From Anaeramoeba ignava BMAN (taxonomy: Eukaryota; Protista; Anaeramoebae), in the NCBI GenBank assembly GCA_028826165.1, contig JAPDFW010000073.1:1-64000 (forward strand): a stretch of DNA of 64,000 nucleotides, written 5' to 3'. Positions 1 through 17,255 of this stretch are shown here, piece after piece. The translations under genes were made by a program, and so were the position numbers. Position 1 is the first letter of the stretch; every line of letters starts with the position of its first letter. The notes under the pieces were generated by a model. The model was not told where the DNA came from and made no database searches. It saw only the letters and a program-made list of their open reading frames with translations.

Positions 1-275
1 AATTTTCACATAAAAATTTTACTATTCAAAAAAGAAAAATAACAAATATTGAATCTCTTAATACTGTTAGTTCTGTTTATCAAAGATATACTCGTAAATA
101 TTCTGTTGAAGAATTACGTTCCAAATCTAATCTTGAAGGTCTTCAAATAACACATCTTGAAGAATATTTATCTGATAATGATTTTGAATCAATTTTTAAA
201 ACTTCACGTGAAGATTTTAAAAAACTTCCTGGATGGAAACAATCTCGAATTAAATCACAAGTTGGATTATTTTAA
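1..275 (+). CDS. 3' end of villin-headpiece (VHP) domain protein, partial
   Basis: Frame from nt 3 reads ...HLEEYLSDNDFESIFKTSREDFKKLPGWKQSRIKSQVGLF* (TAA 273-275), the classic C-terminal headpiece motif (LE.YLS..F..F...F.KLP.WKQ..K...LF). Not in the ORF track. Confidence 0.9.
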   Translation, partial: FSHKNFTIQKRKITNIESLNTVSSVYQRYTRKYSVEELRSKSNLEGLQITHLEEYLSDNDFESIFKTSREDFKKLPGWKQSRIKSQVGLF

Positions 276-505
276 TTTTTTTGATTTTTTTAAATTTTTA
301 AATGAATTTGTTTTAATTTTTTTGAAATGAATTTTAATTTGTTTTGATTTTGTTAAATTTTGTTTATTTATTCTTTTATTCTTTTTCAAAACAAAATTTA
401 AATTTAAATTTAAAAAGATTCCAAAAAGTAAAAAGTAAAAAAGTAAAAAGTAAAAAGTAAAAAGATTATTGATAAGAATAAAATGAATCATCATAACTTT
501 TCTAA

Positions 506-790
506 TTAAAAACCTCTTGGAATTTGAATTTTCATAATGCAACAAGCACCAAGAAGAGAAAATGCAATAAAAACAATAATAGTAAAAAAAGCAGCCCAAA
601 CATCAGCAGTCCAATAATCTCCCCAACTTCCACCAACTCGACTATTTCCTATTTTATCTAAAAATTTATTTACTGTAATTGGTTCAATTTTTCTTGGAAA
701 ATCATATATTAATTTTTTGGTTTCTATTTCTTTTTGTGTTTTAGAAACGGTAAAAATGACAAAAAATAAAATAAAGAAAATAAATTTCAT
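506..790 (-). CDS. 94-aa type-I membrane protein, Ac45/ATP6AP1/Voa1-like C-terminal TM segment
   Basis: Hydrophobic N-terminal signal (MKFIFFILFFVIFTVS); C-terminal YWTADVWAAFFTIIVFIAFSLLGACCIMKIQIPRGF resembles the Ac45-VOA1 transmembrane domain (F(S/T)..IW.......L....G...I..(L/I)....RF). Confidence 0.55.
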   Translation of the reverse strand: MKFIFFILFFVIFTVSKTQKEIETKKLIYDFPRKIEPITVNKFLDKIGNSRVGGSWGDYWTADVWAAFFTIIVFIAFSLLGACCIMKIQIPRGF

Positions 791-1005
791 CTTTTAAATT
801 GTTTTTAATTTTGTTTTTAAAATTTGTTTTTAAAATTTGTTTTTAAATTTGTTTTTAAATTTTGTGTTTTTAAAATTTGAAATGAAAAAAAAATGAAAAA
901 TGAAAAAATTTATTTTTAAAATTAATTTAATTTGAAAAATTTTTTTCCATTTTTTTCTTTTTCTTTTTTTACTTAAAACTAAAACTAAATCATCAAAATT
1001 TAAAA

Positions 1006-2308
1006 ATGGGAAAAAGTGGAGGATGGTTTTTATGGCTTGCAAGAACTATGAAGGTTTTTTTTTTCAATTAATTTTATTTTTGATATTTTTTTTTTGAATT
1101 AAAAATTTTTTTTTGTGGAATTTAAATTAAAAAAATAATAAGAAAAAAAAATAATTTGTAATCATTTTTTCTTATTATTTTCTTATTATTTTCTTATTAA
1201 GATTATTGCATTATTAGTTGCAGCTTTTTTGATAGTTGCAAATGTTTTAATTTTAACTAAAACCTAAAGTAAAAGATTTTGATACAACAATGGCTTTACT
1301 TTTAAGAGTTTTCAATATTATTCTTGCTTTAATTATGATTTGTGCAGAATTTGAAATGGCTTTTGTTTTAAAAAATATTCGATTTTTAATTCAATGGTTT
1401 GGAAGAGGAATTTATGAATTATTTGTTGGGTAAATTATTATAAATTATTATATAAAAAATTTTTTTTTGCTTTTTTTTGTTATTTACTTGTTTATTTACT
1501 TTTTTCTCACTTTCTTTTTTAGTTTATTAACTCTTGCTGCTTGTACTTCAACGTTTACTTATGATAAAACTATTGATGAAATTAGAAAAGCTGCTGGTTA
1601 TTGTGGAATTGGTGTTGGAGGTCTTTATATTTTATTTGTAATTTTTCTTTTTTAATTCAAAATCTATATCAAAATTAAAATCAAAATCAAAATCTAAATC
1701 TAAATCTAAATCTAAACCTAAATCTAAATCTAAATCTAAATCTAAATCAAAATCTAAATCTAAATCAAAATCTAAATCTAAATCAAAATCAAAATCAAAA
1801 TCTAAATCAAAATCTAAATATAAATATAAATATAAATCTAAATATAAATATAAATATAAATATAAATATAAATATAAATATAAATATAAATATAAATCTA
1901 AATATAAATATAAATCTAAATATAAATATAAATATAAATCAAAATCTAAATATAAATATAAATATAAATATAAATATAAATCTAAATCTAAATCTAAATC
2001 TAAATCTAAATCTAAATCAAAATCAAAATCAAAATCTAAATATAAATCTAAATCTAAATATAAATCAAAATCAAAATCAAAATCTAAATCTAAATCTAAA
2101 TCTAAATCTAAATATAAATATAAATCTAAATTAAAAATCAAAATATAAATCAAAATCTAAATCTAAATCTAAATCTAAATCTAAATCTAAATCAAAATCT
2201 AAATCTAAATCTAAATATAAATATAAATATAAATAAAAAATCAAAAAAGAAAAACTTTTATGTTTGAGATCTGTCAAAGAAGATATGGAAAGAAAAGAAA
2301 AAAAATAA
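1006..2308 (+). CDS. COPI-associated/Tvp15-like multi-pass Golgi membrane protein (about 4 exons)
   Basis: MGKSGGWFLWLARTMK | IIALLVAAFLIVANV...LRVFNIILALIMICAEFE...RFLIQWFGRGIYELFVG | LLTLAAC...GIGVGGLYILF; the FL..W.GRG.Y.FVG motif is typical of COPI_assoc. Needs a 1-nt correction near 1260 (probable homopolymer error); last exon tentative. Confidence 0.65.
1660..2235. repeat. Hexamer (aaatct/aaatat/aaaatc)n intronic microsatellite
   Basis: Direct inspection; source of spurious DL/YL ORFs. Confidence 0.9.
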
Positions 2309-2598
2309 TCATTCCAAAAAAAATCAAAATCAAAATCAAAATCAAAATCAAAATGAATTTTTCTTTCTTTTTTAATTTGAATTTCTTTTTTTCTTCTTTT
2401 TGTTTGAAATTGAATTTTTATTTTTTGCAATTTTTTAAATTGGAAAATAACAAAAATAAAAATAAAAATTCATTTTCATTTCAATTTATAAATCAAAACA
2501 AAATTAAAAAAAGATTTATTTCTGTTAAAAAATTTAGAAAAAAAAAATTATTTTGAAATTTCATTTTTTTCATTTTTTTATTTTATTTTTAATAAATA

Positions 2599-5500
2599 AT
2601 GGATTCACCAGTTGAAAATGATATAATTTTTAATGAAATTAATGATACAATTTTAAGAATTGAAAGGTTATCACAATCTTCAAAAATTTCTAAATCACAA
2701 GAAAGATCAGGACTTGTTAGACAAACACAACAATTAAAAGCAAAATTAGATAGTAATTTATAAATAAAAATTATAAATAAAATTATAAATAAAATTATAA
2801 ATAAAATTATAAATAAAATTATAAATAAAATTATAAATAAAATTATAAATAAAATTATAAATTAAATTATAAATAAAATTATAAATAAAATTATAAATAA
2901 AATTATAAATAAAATTATAAATAAAATTATAAATAAAATAAATAAAAAATTATAAAATAAAATTATAAATAAAATTATAAATAAATTATAAATTAAATTA
3001 TAAATAAAATTATAAATAAAATTATAAATAAAATTATAAATAAAATTATAAATAAAATTATAAATAAAATTATAAATAAAATTATAAATAAAAATTATAA
3101 ATAAAAATTATAAATAAAAATTATAAATAAAATTATAAATAAAATTATAAATAAAATTATAAATTAAAATTATAAATAAAATTATAAATAAAATTATAAA
3201 TAAATTATAAATTAAATTATAAATTAAATTATAAATTAAATTATAAATAAATTATAAATAAAATTATAAATAAAATTATAAATAAAATTATAAATAAAAT
3301 TATAAATAAAATTATAAATAAAATTATAAATAAAATTATAAATAAAATTATAAAATAAAAATTATAAAATAAATAAATAAAAATAAAATTATAAATAAAA
3401 TTATAAATAAAATTATAAATAAAATTATAAATAAAATTATAAATAAAATTATAAATTAAATTATAAATAAAATTATAAATAAAATTATAAATAAAATTAT
3501 AAATAAAATTATAAATTAAATTATAAATTAAATTATAAATAAAATTATAAATTAAATTATAAATAAAATTATAAATAAAATTATAAATAAAATTATAAAT
3601 AAAATTATAAATAAAATTATAAATTAAATTATAAATAAAATTATAAATAAAATTATAAATAAATAAAATATAAATAAAATTATAAATTAAATTATAAATA
3701 AAATTATAAATAAAAATATAAATAAAAGAATTATCAACTTTTCAATGGAACGCATACGCTCAAAAAATACCTACATTGAACATCATTCTCAGAACACTTT
3801 ATGATATTGAGAGTTTAGCAGCCCAATGGAACAAAGGAAAAAGCATACGACATGACGGGAAGAAAATCAACGATAAACAAATATGCGAGACATTCTTACA
3901 GCAACTAAAATATTACGAAGCAGAATTAAAACTAGAAAAGGATCCAGAAATTCAACTGATTGGGGATGATTTTGATATTATAACAGAAGAACAACTACAT
4001 TTAGAAGAAAAACAGAAACAAGAAAACCAACGGAGACTTGAGCTTCCAGTATTCACAGAGACAAAACTAGCTGATATTTACGAAACACCACGACCAAATG
4101 AAGTGAAAGTACATGTTGTAGATAAAAAATCACGTTCGAAGGATCACTACAACACGATCCGAGAAGCCATTATTGCCTCTGGCGTGGGAGACACAATCGA
4201 GATACGAGCAGGAGAATATCTCGAAAATATTATTATTGATCGACCAATCACTCTTCGCGGAGTTGGAGAAAACACAATTATTACTGCAAAAAAGGATCAC
4301 GTTGTCTCGATCATTACATATCAGGCAAAAATCTGTGATCTCAAAATACAAAAGCATTCCGAGGATAATATACCCGCAGTTAATATCTCCTACGGCGCTC
4401 CTGAAATTGATAATTGCACAATTTCCGTTACGGGACAAGCTCCAGGAATCCTGATACAAGGAGAATCAACTCCGACACTTGATACTGTTACAGTTAATGG
4501 TGGTACAACCACGGGAATTCTTATCAAAGATACTGCTGGCGGAAAAATCATTAATTCTTATATTAATAACGTCAATGGTGTTGGCATCGATATTTCAACT
4601 CCAACAGCCTTGACTATCGAAAACACAACCATATATAATAATAAATCATATGGACTGCTCATCCAAAATGAGGCTCATCCTACTATCAGAGGCTGCGCTG
4701 TTTCTGGAAACGAAAATGTTGGTGTCACAATAAAGGGAAAGTCAAATCCCCATTTTATTGAGTCTCGTATCTTCCAAATGAAAGCTGGTGGTGTTTGGAT
4801 TTTGGAACAATCTAATGGCAAGTTTGAGCGTTGTGAGATTTATGAAAATCGACTTTCTGGTTTGGAAATCAAGGATAGTTCCAACCCAACTTTCCAAGAA
4901 TGCAAAATTCGAAATGGAACTGGTGGTGGAATTTATATTCATACTTTTGGGAAAGGTCTTTTTAATCAATGTATTATTACTGAAAATGCACTTGCTGGAA
5001 TTTCTATTAAAGCAGGAGGAGATCCATTGTTTAAGAATTGTTTAATATTTAATGGGATTGCTGGAGGAATTTGGATTTATGATCGAGGTAAAAATATTAA
5101 AATATTAAATTATTAAATTAAAATATTAAAATAAAATATTTAATTAAATTAAAATAAAATATTTAAATTAAAATATTAAATTAAATTATTAAAATAAATT
5201 ATTAAATTAAATTAAAATATTAAATTAAAATATTAAATTAAAATATTAAATTAAAATATTAAAATATTAAATTTAAATTATTAAATTAAATTATTAAATT
5301 TAAATATTAAATTAAATTATTAAATTAAAATATTAAATTAAAATATTAAATTAAAATATTAAATTAAAATATTAAATTAAATTATTAAAATAAAATATTT
5401 AATTAAAATATTAAATTAAATTATTAAAATAAAATATTTAATTAATAAGGTCTTGGTACTTTCGAAGAAAATGAAATTGCAACTAATAATCTTGCTGGAA

Positions 5501-7282
5501 TAGAAATTCGTACAAATGCAAACCCTATATTTTCAAAAAATCAAATTCATAGTGGAAAAGCTGGTGGTATTTTTATTCATCAAAGTGGAAGAGGTGTTTT
5601 CGAACAAAATAGCATTTATAAAAACAATAATCTTGGAATTCTAATTAAAACTGGAGGAAATCCAACATTTTCGAATAATAAAATTTATGATAATCCAACT
5701 ATTGGTATTTCTATTATTGATCATGGTAAATTCAAAAATTATATTAAAAATTAAATTCAAAATTTAAATTCAAAATTAAATTTAAGAATTAAATTAAAAA
5801 TTAAATTAAAAATTAAATTCAAAATTATTCAAAAATTAAATTCAAAATTATTCAAAAATTTAAATTCAAAATTATATTTAAAATTAAATTCAAAAATTAA
5901 ATTCAAAATTATATTAAAAATTAAATTCAAAAATTAAATTCAAAATTAAATTCAAAAATTATATTCAAATTTTGTTTTGAAAATTAAATTTAAAATTATT
6001 CAAAATTTAAATCCAAAATTAAATTCAAAAATTATTCAAAATTATATTAAAAATTATTCAAAAATTAAATTCAAATTTTGTTTTGAAAATTAAATTTAAA
6101 ATTATTCAAAAATTAAATTCAAAATTATTAAAAATTTAAATTCAAAATTATATTAAAAATTTAAATTCAAAATTAAATTCAAAAATTAAATTCAAAATTA
6201 AATTCAAAATTATATTAAATTATATTCAAAATTATTAAAAAATTAAATTCAAAAATTAAATTCAAAATTAAATTCAAAATTATTCAAAATTATATTAAAA
6301 ATTATATTAAAAATTATTCAAAAAATTAAATTCAAAAATTCTTAAAGGCGCTGGTATTTTTAAACAAAATGAAATTTATGATAATAATCTTACTCAAATT
6401 GAAGTCCGTACATCAGGAGATCCTACATTCAAGAAAAACAAAATTTATAACGGAAAAGCAGCAGGAATAGTATTAATGGAAAGCACAAAAGGAACATTTA
6501 TCAAAAACGAAATTCACGACAATATTCTTTCAGGAATACAAATCAAATCATCATCAAGTCCAATAATAAAATGGAACAAAATATTTCAAAACAAAATATT
6601 TGGAGTTCATGCAACTGAGAGAGGACTTGGACTAATCGAGGGAAACGACATCTATGAGAACCAGATCAGTAACATTCAAATTGATGAGAATGCAAATCCA
6701 AATTTGGTTGGAAATAAAATTCACAACTCACAAGGCTCAGGAATATTGATTATTGAAAGAGGACTTGGACAAATTTTTGGAAATGATATTTATGAAAATA
6801 ATGGAGTTGGTGTTGGAATCAAATCAGAAGGTGATCCTTTAATCAAAGATTCAAAAATCCATAATCAACCAAACGGAGGAGGTATTTTTATTTATCAAAA
6901 TGGATTGGGAACATTTGAGAACTGCTATATTTACGAGAATAAACTTGCTGGGTTAGAAATCAAAGATGGATCAAATCCAACTTTTAAAAGTTGCAAATTT
7001 CAAGAACATTTGAATTCTGGTGCTATTTTTATTCATTCTAACGGAAGAGGTATTATTAAAGATTCAGAAATCACTAAGTGTAAACTTGTTGGTATTGAAA
7101 TCAAAACAGGTGCAAATCCTTCTATACTTAGAAGCAAAATTTCTCAAACTAAATGTGGTATTTGGATTCATCAAAACGGAAGAGGTATTATTAAGAATAA
7201 TGAATTATTTGAAAATGAAGATAACAATATGGTTATTGATGATAATTGTCGACCTGATTCTTCTGATAATACTTTCAAATAA
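2599..7282 (+). CDS. Right-handed parallel beta-helix (PbH1/CASH) repeat protein, FBXO11-like, no F-box seen
   Basis: Exons about 2599-2753, 3730-5087, 5450-5725, 6348-7282 join in frame; TI.EAI...G.Y.E motif followed by many N.I..N..AG(I/L)EI...(S/G)(N/D)P and G..GG(I/V)(F/W)I...G.G repeats. Confidence 0.85.
2757..3725. repeat. 12-bp (ataaataaaatt)n intronic array
   Basis: Near-perfect tandem repeat filling intron 1 of the beta-helix gene. Confidence 0.95.
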
Positions 7283-7534
7283 ATAATCAAATTTTTTTCT
7301 TTTTTTTTCATCTTTTTTTCTTTATTTGATTCAACAAATTCCACATTTCACAAAATTCTTAACTTTTATTTTATTTTTTTATTTTACAAAAACAAAAACA
7401 AAAACAAAAACAAAAACAAAATTTTAATTTTCTTATTAAATTAATTTTTTAAAATAATAAATTCCACCTTTCACAAAATTTTCAAATTATTTTTTTTTCA
7501 TTTTTTTATTTTTTCATTTTTTCATTTTTTAATT

Positions 7535-10500
7535 ATGTATTCACATTTAGATCCTCCATCTCCAAAAAGAACTCCTTATATTGAAGAACAAAAACATATC
7601 AAAAATAATAATTTAAATCTCCAAAATAATCAACATTCTCAAAATACAAATACAAATACAAATACAAATATAAATACAAATATAAATAATAATAATAATA
7701 ATCAAAATATACAAGATATGCAAAATCAAGCAAATAAATTTAAAAAAATAGAGGAATCTCCTCAACAAAATGATCCAAATACTCAAACCCAATTCAATCA
7801 AATGATAACAAATTTTATTGATAGCGCTTTAGGTTTTTCAATTAATGACACAATAATCAAAGTAAATTTTTCAATCAAAATCGAATTAAAATTAAAATTA
7901 AAATAAAATCAAAATTAAAATCAAAATCAAAATCAAAATCTAAATCAAATTAAAATCAAAATTAAAATCAAAATCAAAATGAAAATTAATATCAAAAATC
8001 AAAATTAAAATCAATATTAAAAATTAAAATCAAAATCAAAATCAAAATCAAAATCAAATTCAAATTCAATATCAAAATCAAAATCAAAATATAAAATTAA
8101 ATCGAAATTAAAATCAAAATCTAAATCAAATTAAAATTAAAATTAAAATTAAAATAAAATCAAAATCGAAATTAAAATTAAAATCTAAATCGAATCAAAA
8201 TCAAAATCTAAATGAAAAATCAATATTAAAAATTAAAATTAAAATCAAAATTAAAAAGGATTTAGAACAAGAATTTAAAGGCCAAGAACTTCCATCAAAT
8301 GTTAAAAGATTTTTCCAAAAAACAAAACAAAATATCGAATCTATTAGGAAAGAAGCATTATCACCAACTAAAACTCAACAAAATGCAAAAGAAACAATAG
8401 CAATTGAACCTGATATCGAAAAATTTGAATATGGAATCACTTGCATTTTTTGTCCACTTACAGAATATTATAATTTAACAAAATACAAAGATGAATTAAG
8501 CATGCTTTTTAATCCAAATTTTTCAGGTATTTCAATTTTAATTCCAGAATAACAAAAATTCCGAAATTTTTTAAAATTTGAAAAATGAAAAATAAAAAAT
8601 AAAAAAGAAAAACCACCAGCTGAAATTTCCTTACACGAAGTCTTGACAAAAATTAACCAAAAAATACAAGATATTGAAATTAGAGGAGTTTCAGACAAAT
8701 CATCTCTATTTTATCATTCACTTAAAAATTTCAGGAAAAAATACTTATCTAAAATCAAAGACAAGAATCAAACAATTTCTGTTGAAAGACTAAGTGATTT
8801 ATTTGGCAACATTATTGATTCAATTTCGAAAAAAAAGAAAATCGACGAGAATAGCAGAATAACAGAAGTTTGCCTCAAACAATTTGAATATGTATCTCTT
8901 ATTTTGAATTCCTATATATTTTTAGATATTTAAAAAATTTAAAAAATTTAACCAGATTTTTAAAAAAGAACAAGAACAAGAACAAGAGCCTTATAAAATT
9001 AGAAGAGAATTGGAAAGTTTGATCTTTTTACTTCAGGAATCTTTCTCAATAACGGATGAGATAAGAGATAATTTACTTGAAAAAATGGAATTCTGGAAAA
9101 AATTCGAAGTAAAACAAAATCAACAAAGAAAATACAATATAAATATAATATTAAAATTAATTATAAAAATAGCCAAATTTAGATTTCTTGAGAGACTCAA
9201 AAAAAAAACTAAAAGAAATTGAACATTATCAGATGTCGAAATTCGATAGAAAATCAACATATATATTGTGGTATCAAAAAGCAAAATCAAGAATCGAAAA
9301 AAATATTAAATTCTTAGAAGAATCGAAGAAACGATATCAATTAGAACAACAGGCTTTAGCACGACAAAACAGAAGACTTGAAAGCAAACACAAGCTAGAG
9401 AAAGAAATGATTAGTGATCAATTAGCAACAATCAAACTCACTCTTTTGGAAGTAAGAGGACTAGAAGGAGTGATTAAAGAAAGAAGAACACAAAAGCTCT
9501 ACGGCATTTTTGAATACGAAGGATTAAAGGCATCGACAGAAGAAATCGATACAAAAAAACTCACAATGTGGAAAAAACAAAACTCAACCATTTTCGATGT
9601 TATTAAGATGGAAAAGCAGGTCCACTTCACTTTGTGGGGAGAAAATATTTATGTTCAGAAACGTAAAAAATTCAAATCTCGCCAAGCTATTGGTAAGATT
9701 GATTTGGATGTCGATAAACTCGTGTTTCCATCTCATCGAGTTTCTTGGCTATCGCTTGAACCCTCGATGGGTGTTTCTTTCCGCGATGCAGAAGCCAAGA
9801 TCGAGATTGAGTATATTGAAAACGAGCTTTTGCAATCTAAGAAGAAGGGACAACAATCACAGGAATATATAATCGAGAGCAAGAAAATAGATTACCATGA
9901 AATTTTCAAGACGATGGCAACAAGAGTGATATTGTTTGTCAACAATTTCTTTCGTGAAAACCAAGAAACATCAGAAATAAGCAGACAAAACAGCGAAGAA
10001 AACCAGATGCAACGAGGCAAAACAGCGAATGCTCTTCTGAATAAGCAAAATTTGACATCCAAATTGAATTGGTTTCAAAAGGAGCAAAGTATTTTTGGAT
10101 TTGCCTCGAGTCAGTTGATTATCCGAAAAAACATTGATGCGTTTTTCCAGGAGTTTTGTCTGCGTTATGGTATTCACGATAACTTTTACAATCTTGTCCA
10201 TCTCCGCATTTTGGTGGATAATTTCAAGCCTGCTTATAACATTATTACAGATATAAAGGCTCTTCTTTCAGGCCTGTATACTGTGATTATTGATTTTTCT
10301 TATGTCGGATTGACTATTGAAGAGGAAACAGAATTCGAAAGCATTCTTTTACCTTTATATCTTAATGTGCGTAATCATATACAACATTTCTCAATGGTTT
10401 TCGAGAATAACAAGCCTACAAATTGCTTGAAAGAAATGATCAACGTTTATCTTTTGTTAATCAAAATTGATGCAGATTCTCGAAACAACATCAGCTTTGT

Positions 10501-12523
10501 TTCCAAAACAAGAAAAACTGAAATGATTATGAACGATAATTGGGAAAAAAAAGGAAAAGAAGTTATGCAATCGATCATAAATGGGATTTTGCATAAAAAT
10601 AAAAATAAAAATGAAAATGAAAATCAAAATGAAAATCAAAATGAAAATGAAAATGAAAATGAAAATGATCAAAAAAAACATGATGACATTGATTTTCTTG
10701 AACAACTCGCAATTTTGATTATGGAAGGTTTTGAAGTGAATTATTCACAGTTCTTCGAAGTGAAGGCACAAAGCAAAGTGCAACAAGATCAAGATGCAGC
10801 ACTTAAGCTTATTGAGGCATTCCAAGAAGATCTCAAATCGCAAGCAAATCCAGACAAGATCCAAATGCTCCAAGCAAAGATAGCGAGTATGCAAGAAAAA
10901 TATAAGGGATACGAAGAGGGATTTGCATGTCTTGTGCTCACGGAAAAAATCACATACATACACGAAGAAATGGCCACACTTGCAAATTTTTTTGCAAATG
11001 ACACATTCCCAAAAGAGTTGCCATTATTACCAATTGCAACTCGTTATTACACAACACGACTGTCAGACTCAATTTTTCAATGTATTCAGGGATCAGATTT
11101 CGGAAAAATTGAAATTTTCCGGCTGTATAAAAAAATACGTGACGTTAACGATGACATTGGACAGCACTCAGCAGGACACGATATTCAGCTAATTCCAGTA
11201 TCAAAACTGTTCTTTGATCAGGCGCGTGTGTGGATCTCAAGCACAAAAGAGAGATTGCAGTCGTGGATCGAGAGAGCTGTTGAGCTTGATACGCTTGATA
11301 TGCTTTCTCCACAGAACCCGATCAGTTCGTCCTCTATCGATGTTTTCCAGATGGTTGACCGTGTGTTTGCGTTCTTGACAAGTTTGAATTGGAAGGAACC
11401 CAATTTCCACTTCTTGCTTTTGAAATTTACAAAGACATTGTGCAAACTGGTTAATACATACACAACCTCATTAGATTCTCGGCTTGACAGGATCATTATC
11501 CTGATCAGACAAGAGGTACCAATCGGTAAGGATATTGGTCTCGACTTTTTTGTGCCCGAAAACCATCTATCAGTCTTTGTTCTTCTCAACGACATGGACT
11601 ACGCAAGACAAACATTGAATCACTTATATTCCGATATTGAATCTTTTACAGAAACAATTGAAAATGACTCAAACACAGCTCATATCAAATCCACAAGTGA
11701 AAGTGTCATCTCTTTTGAAATACCCTCTCTTAAAGCACAATTTGAACGCTCTTTCGACAAGTTGATGCTTCTTGTTAAGCGCCATATCATTCTGAAACTC
11801 TCACTTGCTCTTGAATCACATTTGGAGGAATTTGGTGGATATCCTTCGTTATCCAAATCAACTTCCAAAAGGGTTGCTCTTGAAAAAGACCAGAAGCTCA
11901 ACAAACCCTATGCGCGCGGTCTTGTGAATCCAACGCTTTCCTTTCTGAACGTACAACTCGAGCGCTCAGCCTCACTTTTCCGCTCTCAGACACTCTTCAA
12001 CAAAGTTCTTGTTTCCTTTTACATGTTTTCAATGCTTGCTCTTAAACGTCTTCTTACTCCTATTCTTTTCCCAAATTTTGTTGAAGATCAACGTCTTGAA
12101 CTTACTAATCCTGAAAAACTTTTTTCCTCGAGAAAACGTTCTTTCAAGATTTTCCCTAAAGATCATTTTGCTGTTTTTGGATTCATGCTTGAATTGATTA
12201 ACGAATTTTTCTATGCTGATGGTGATGGTCTTTCTCAATCAATGATTGATTCATATTCTCAAGATGTTGTTGTTCTTTTTGATTTGTTTTCTCTATCTAT
12301 TGATAGGTTATTTGATTTTGTTACTAAGCAAACTGTCGATCTTAATTTTACTAAAGAAATTATTTCAAGATCTTTTGATGAGAAAGATAAACAGAAATTA
12401 TCTTGTATTCTTGCTTTGGATATTATTTACTCTCAAAGTTTAATTGATAGGAATTGTCAAAATTTTATTCAAAGATTTTCAAAACAATTCATTTCTCGTT
12501 TAGCAGAAGAAAACAAAAATTGA
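7535..12523 (+). CDS. C2 + MUN (MHD1/MHD2) domain protein, Munc13/BAIAP3-like tethering factor
   Basis: Five exons joined via GT-AG introns (about 7862-8258, 8528-8607, 8892-8955, 9109-9171); C2-like segment (IKLTLLEVRGL...IGKIDLDV...WLSL); MHD1 WIERAVELD...SSSSIDVF, LLNDMDYAR; MHD2 FFYADGDGLS. Confidence 0.8.
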
Positions 12524-13064
12524 AAAAATAATTTGATTAAAAATTAATTGAAAAAATAAAAAAGAAATTTGATTAAAATTTAATTGAAAAAATAAATTGA
12601 AAAAATTAATTAAAATTTAATTGAAAAAATAAAAAAGAGATTTGATTAAAAATTAATTGAAAAAATAAAAAGAAATTTGATTAAAATTTAATTGAAAAAA
12701 TTATTGAAATTTGATTAAAATTTAATTGAAAAAATAAAAAGAAATTTGATTAAAATTTAATTGAAAAAATAAAAAAGAAATTTGATTAAAATTTAATTGA
12801 AAAAATAAAAAGAAATTTGATTAAAATTTAATTGAAAAATAAAAAGAAATTTGATTAAAATTGGTTTCTTTTCGTTTTTTTTTGTTATTGTTGTTGAAAA
12901 AAAATAAAAAAACCAAAAAGAAAACAAAAATTGGATAAAAAAAAAATTAAGAATAAAAAAAAAAAAAAAGTTTCAAGATTAATTTTGGTTTAAATTTCTT
13001 TCAAATCTTTCTTTTTTTTTTGATTGAATTATTCTGGAAATATTAAGAATAAAAAAAAAAAGTT

Positions 13065-16979
<3,915 letters not shown>

Positions 16980-17255
16980 TGCTTTTTTCTTTTTAAAAAA
17001 AAATTTAAAAATAATAAAATAATCACAAAAAAATTTTAATTAAAGAAAATAGAAAAAATTAAAATTAAAATTGTTTTGAAATTGAGAATAAAAGTGAATA
17101 ATAAAAATGAAAAAGAAAAAGAATAAAAATGAATAAAAATGAAAACAAAAAATTTGTTTTTTTTTTTTGTTTGTTTGCTTTTTCAAAAATAATTTAATTT
17201 TTTTTTTTTCAATTTTTTTTTTCATTTTTTTTCTTTTCTTTTTAATAAAAAAAAA

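Noticed and set aside
1255-1270. Pseudogene or programmed frameshift in the COPI-associated gene (also prefoldin 5' repeat and telobox exon 1-2 join)
   Set aside because: Single-base shifts in or near A/T homopolymers with otherwise intact coding; long-read consensus error is more parsimonious.
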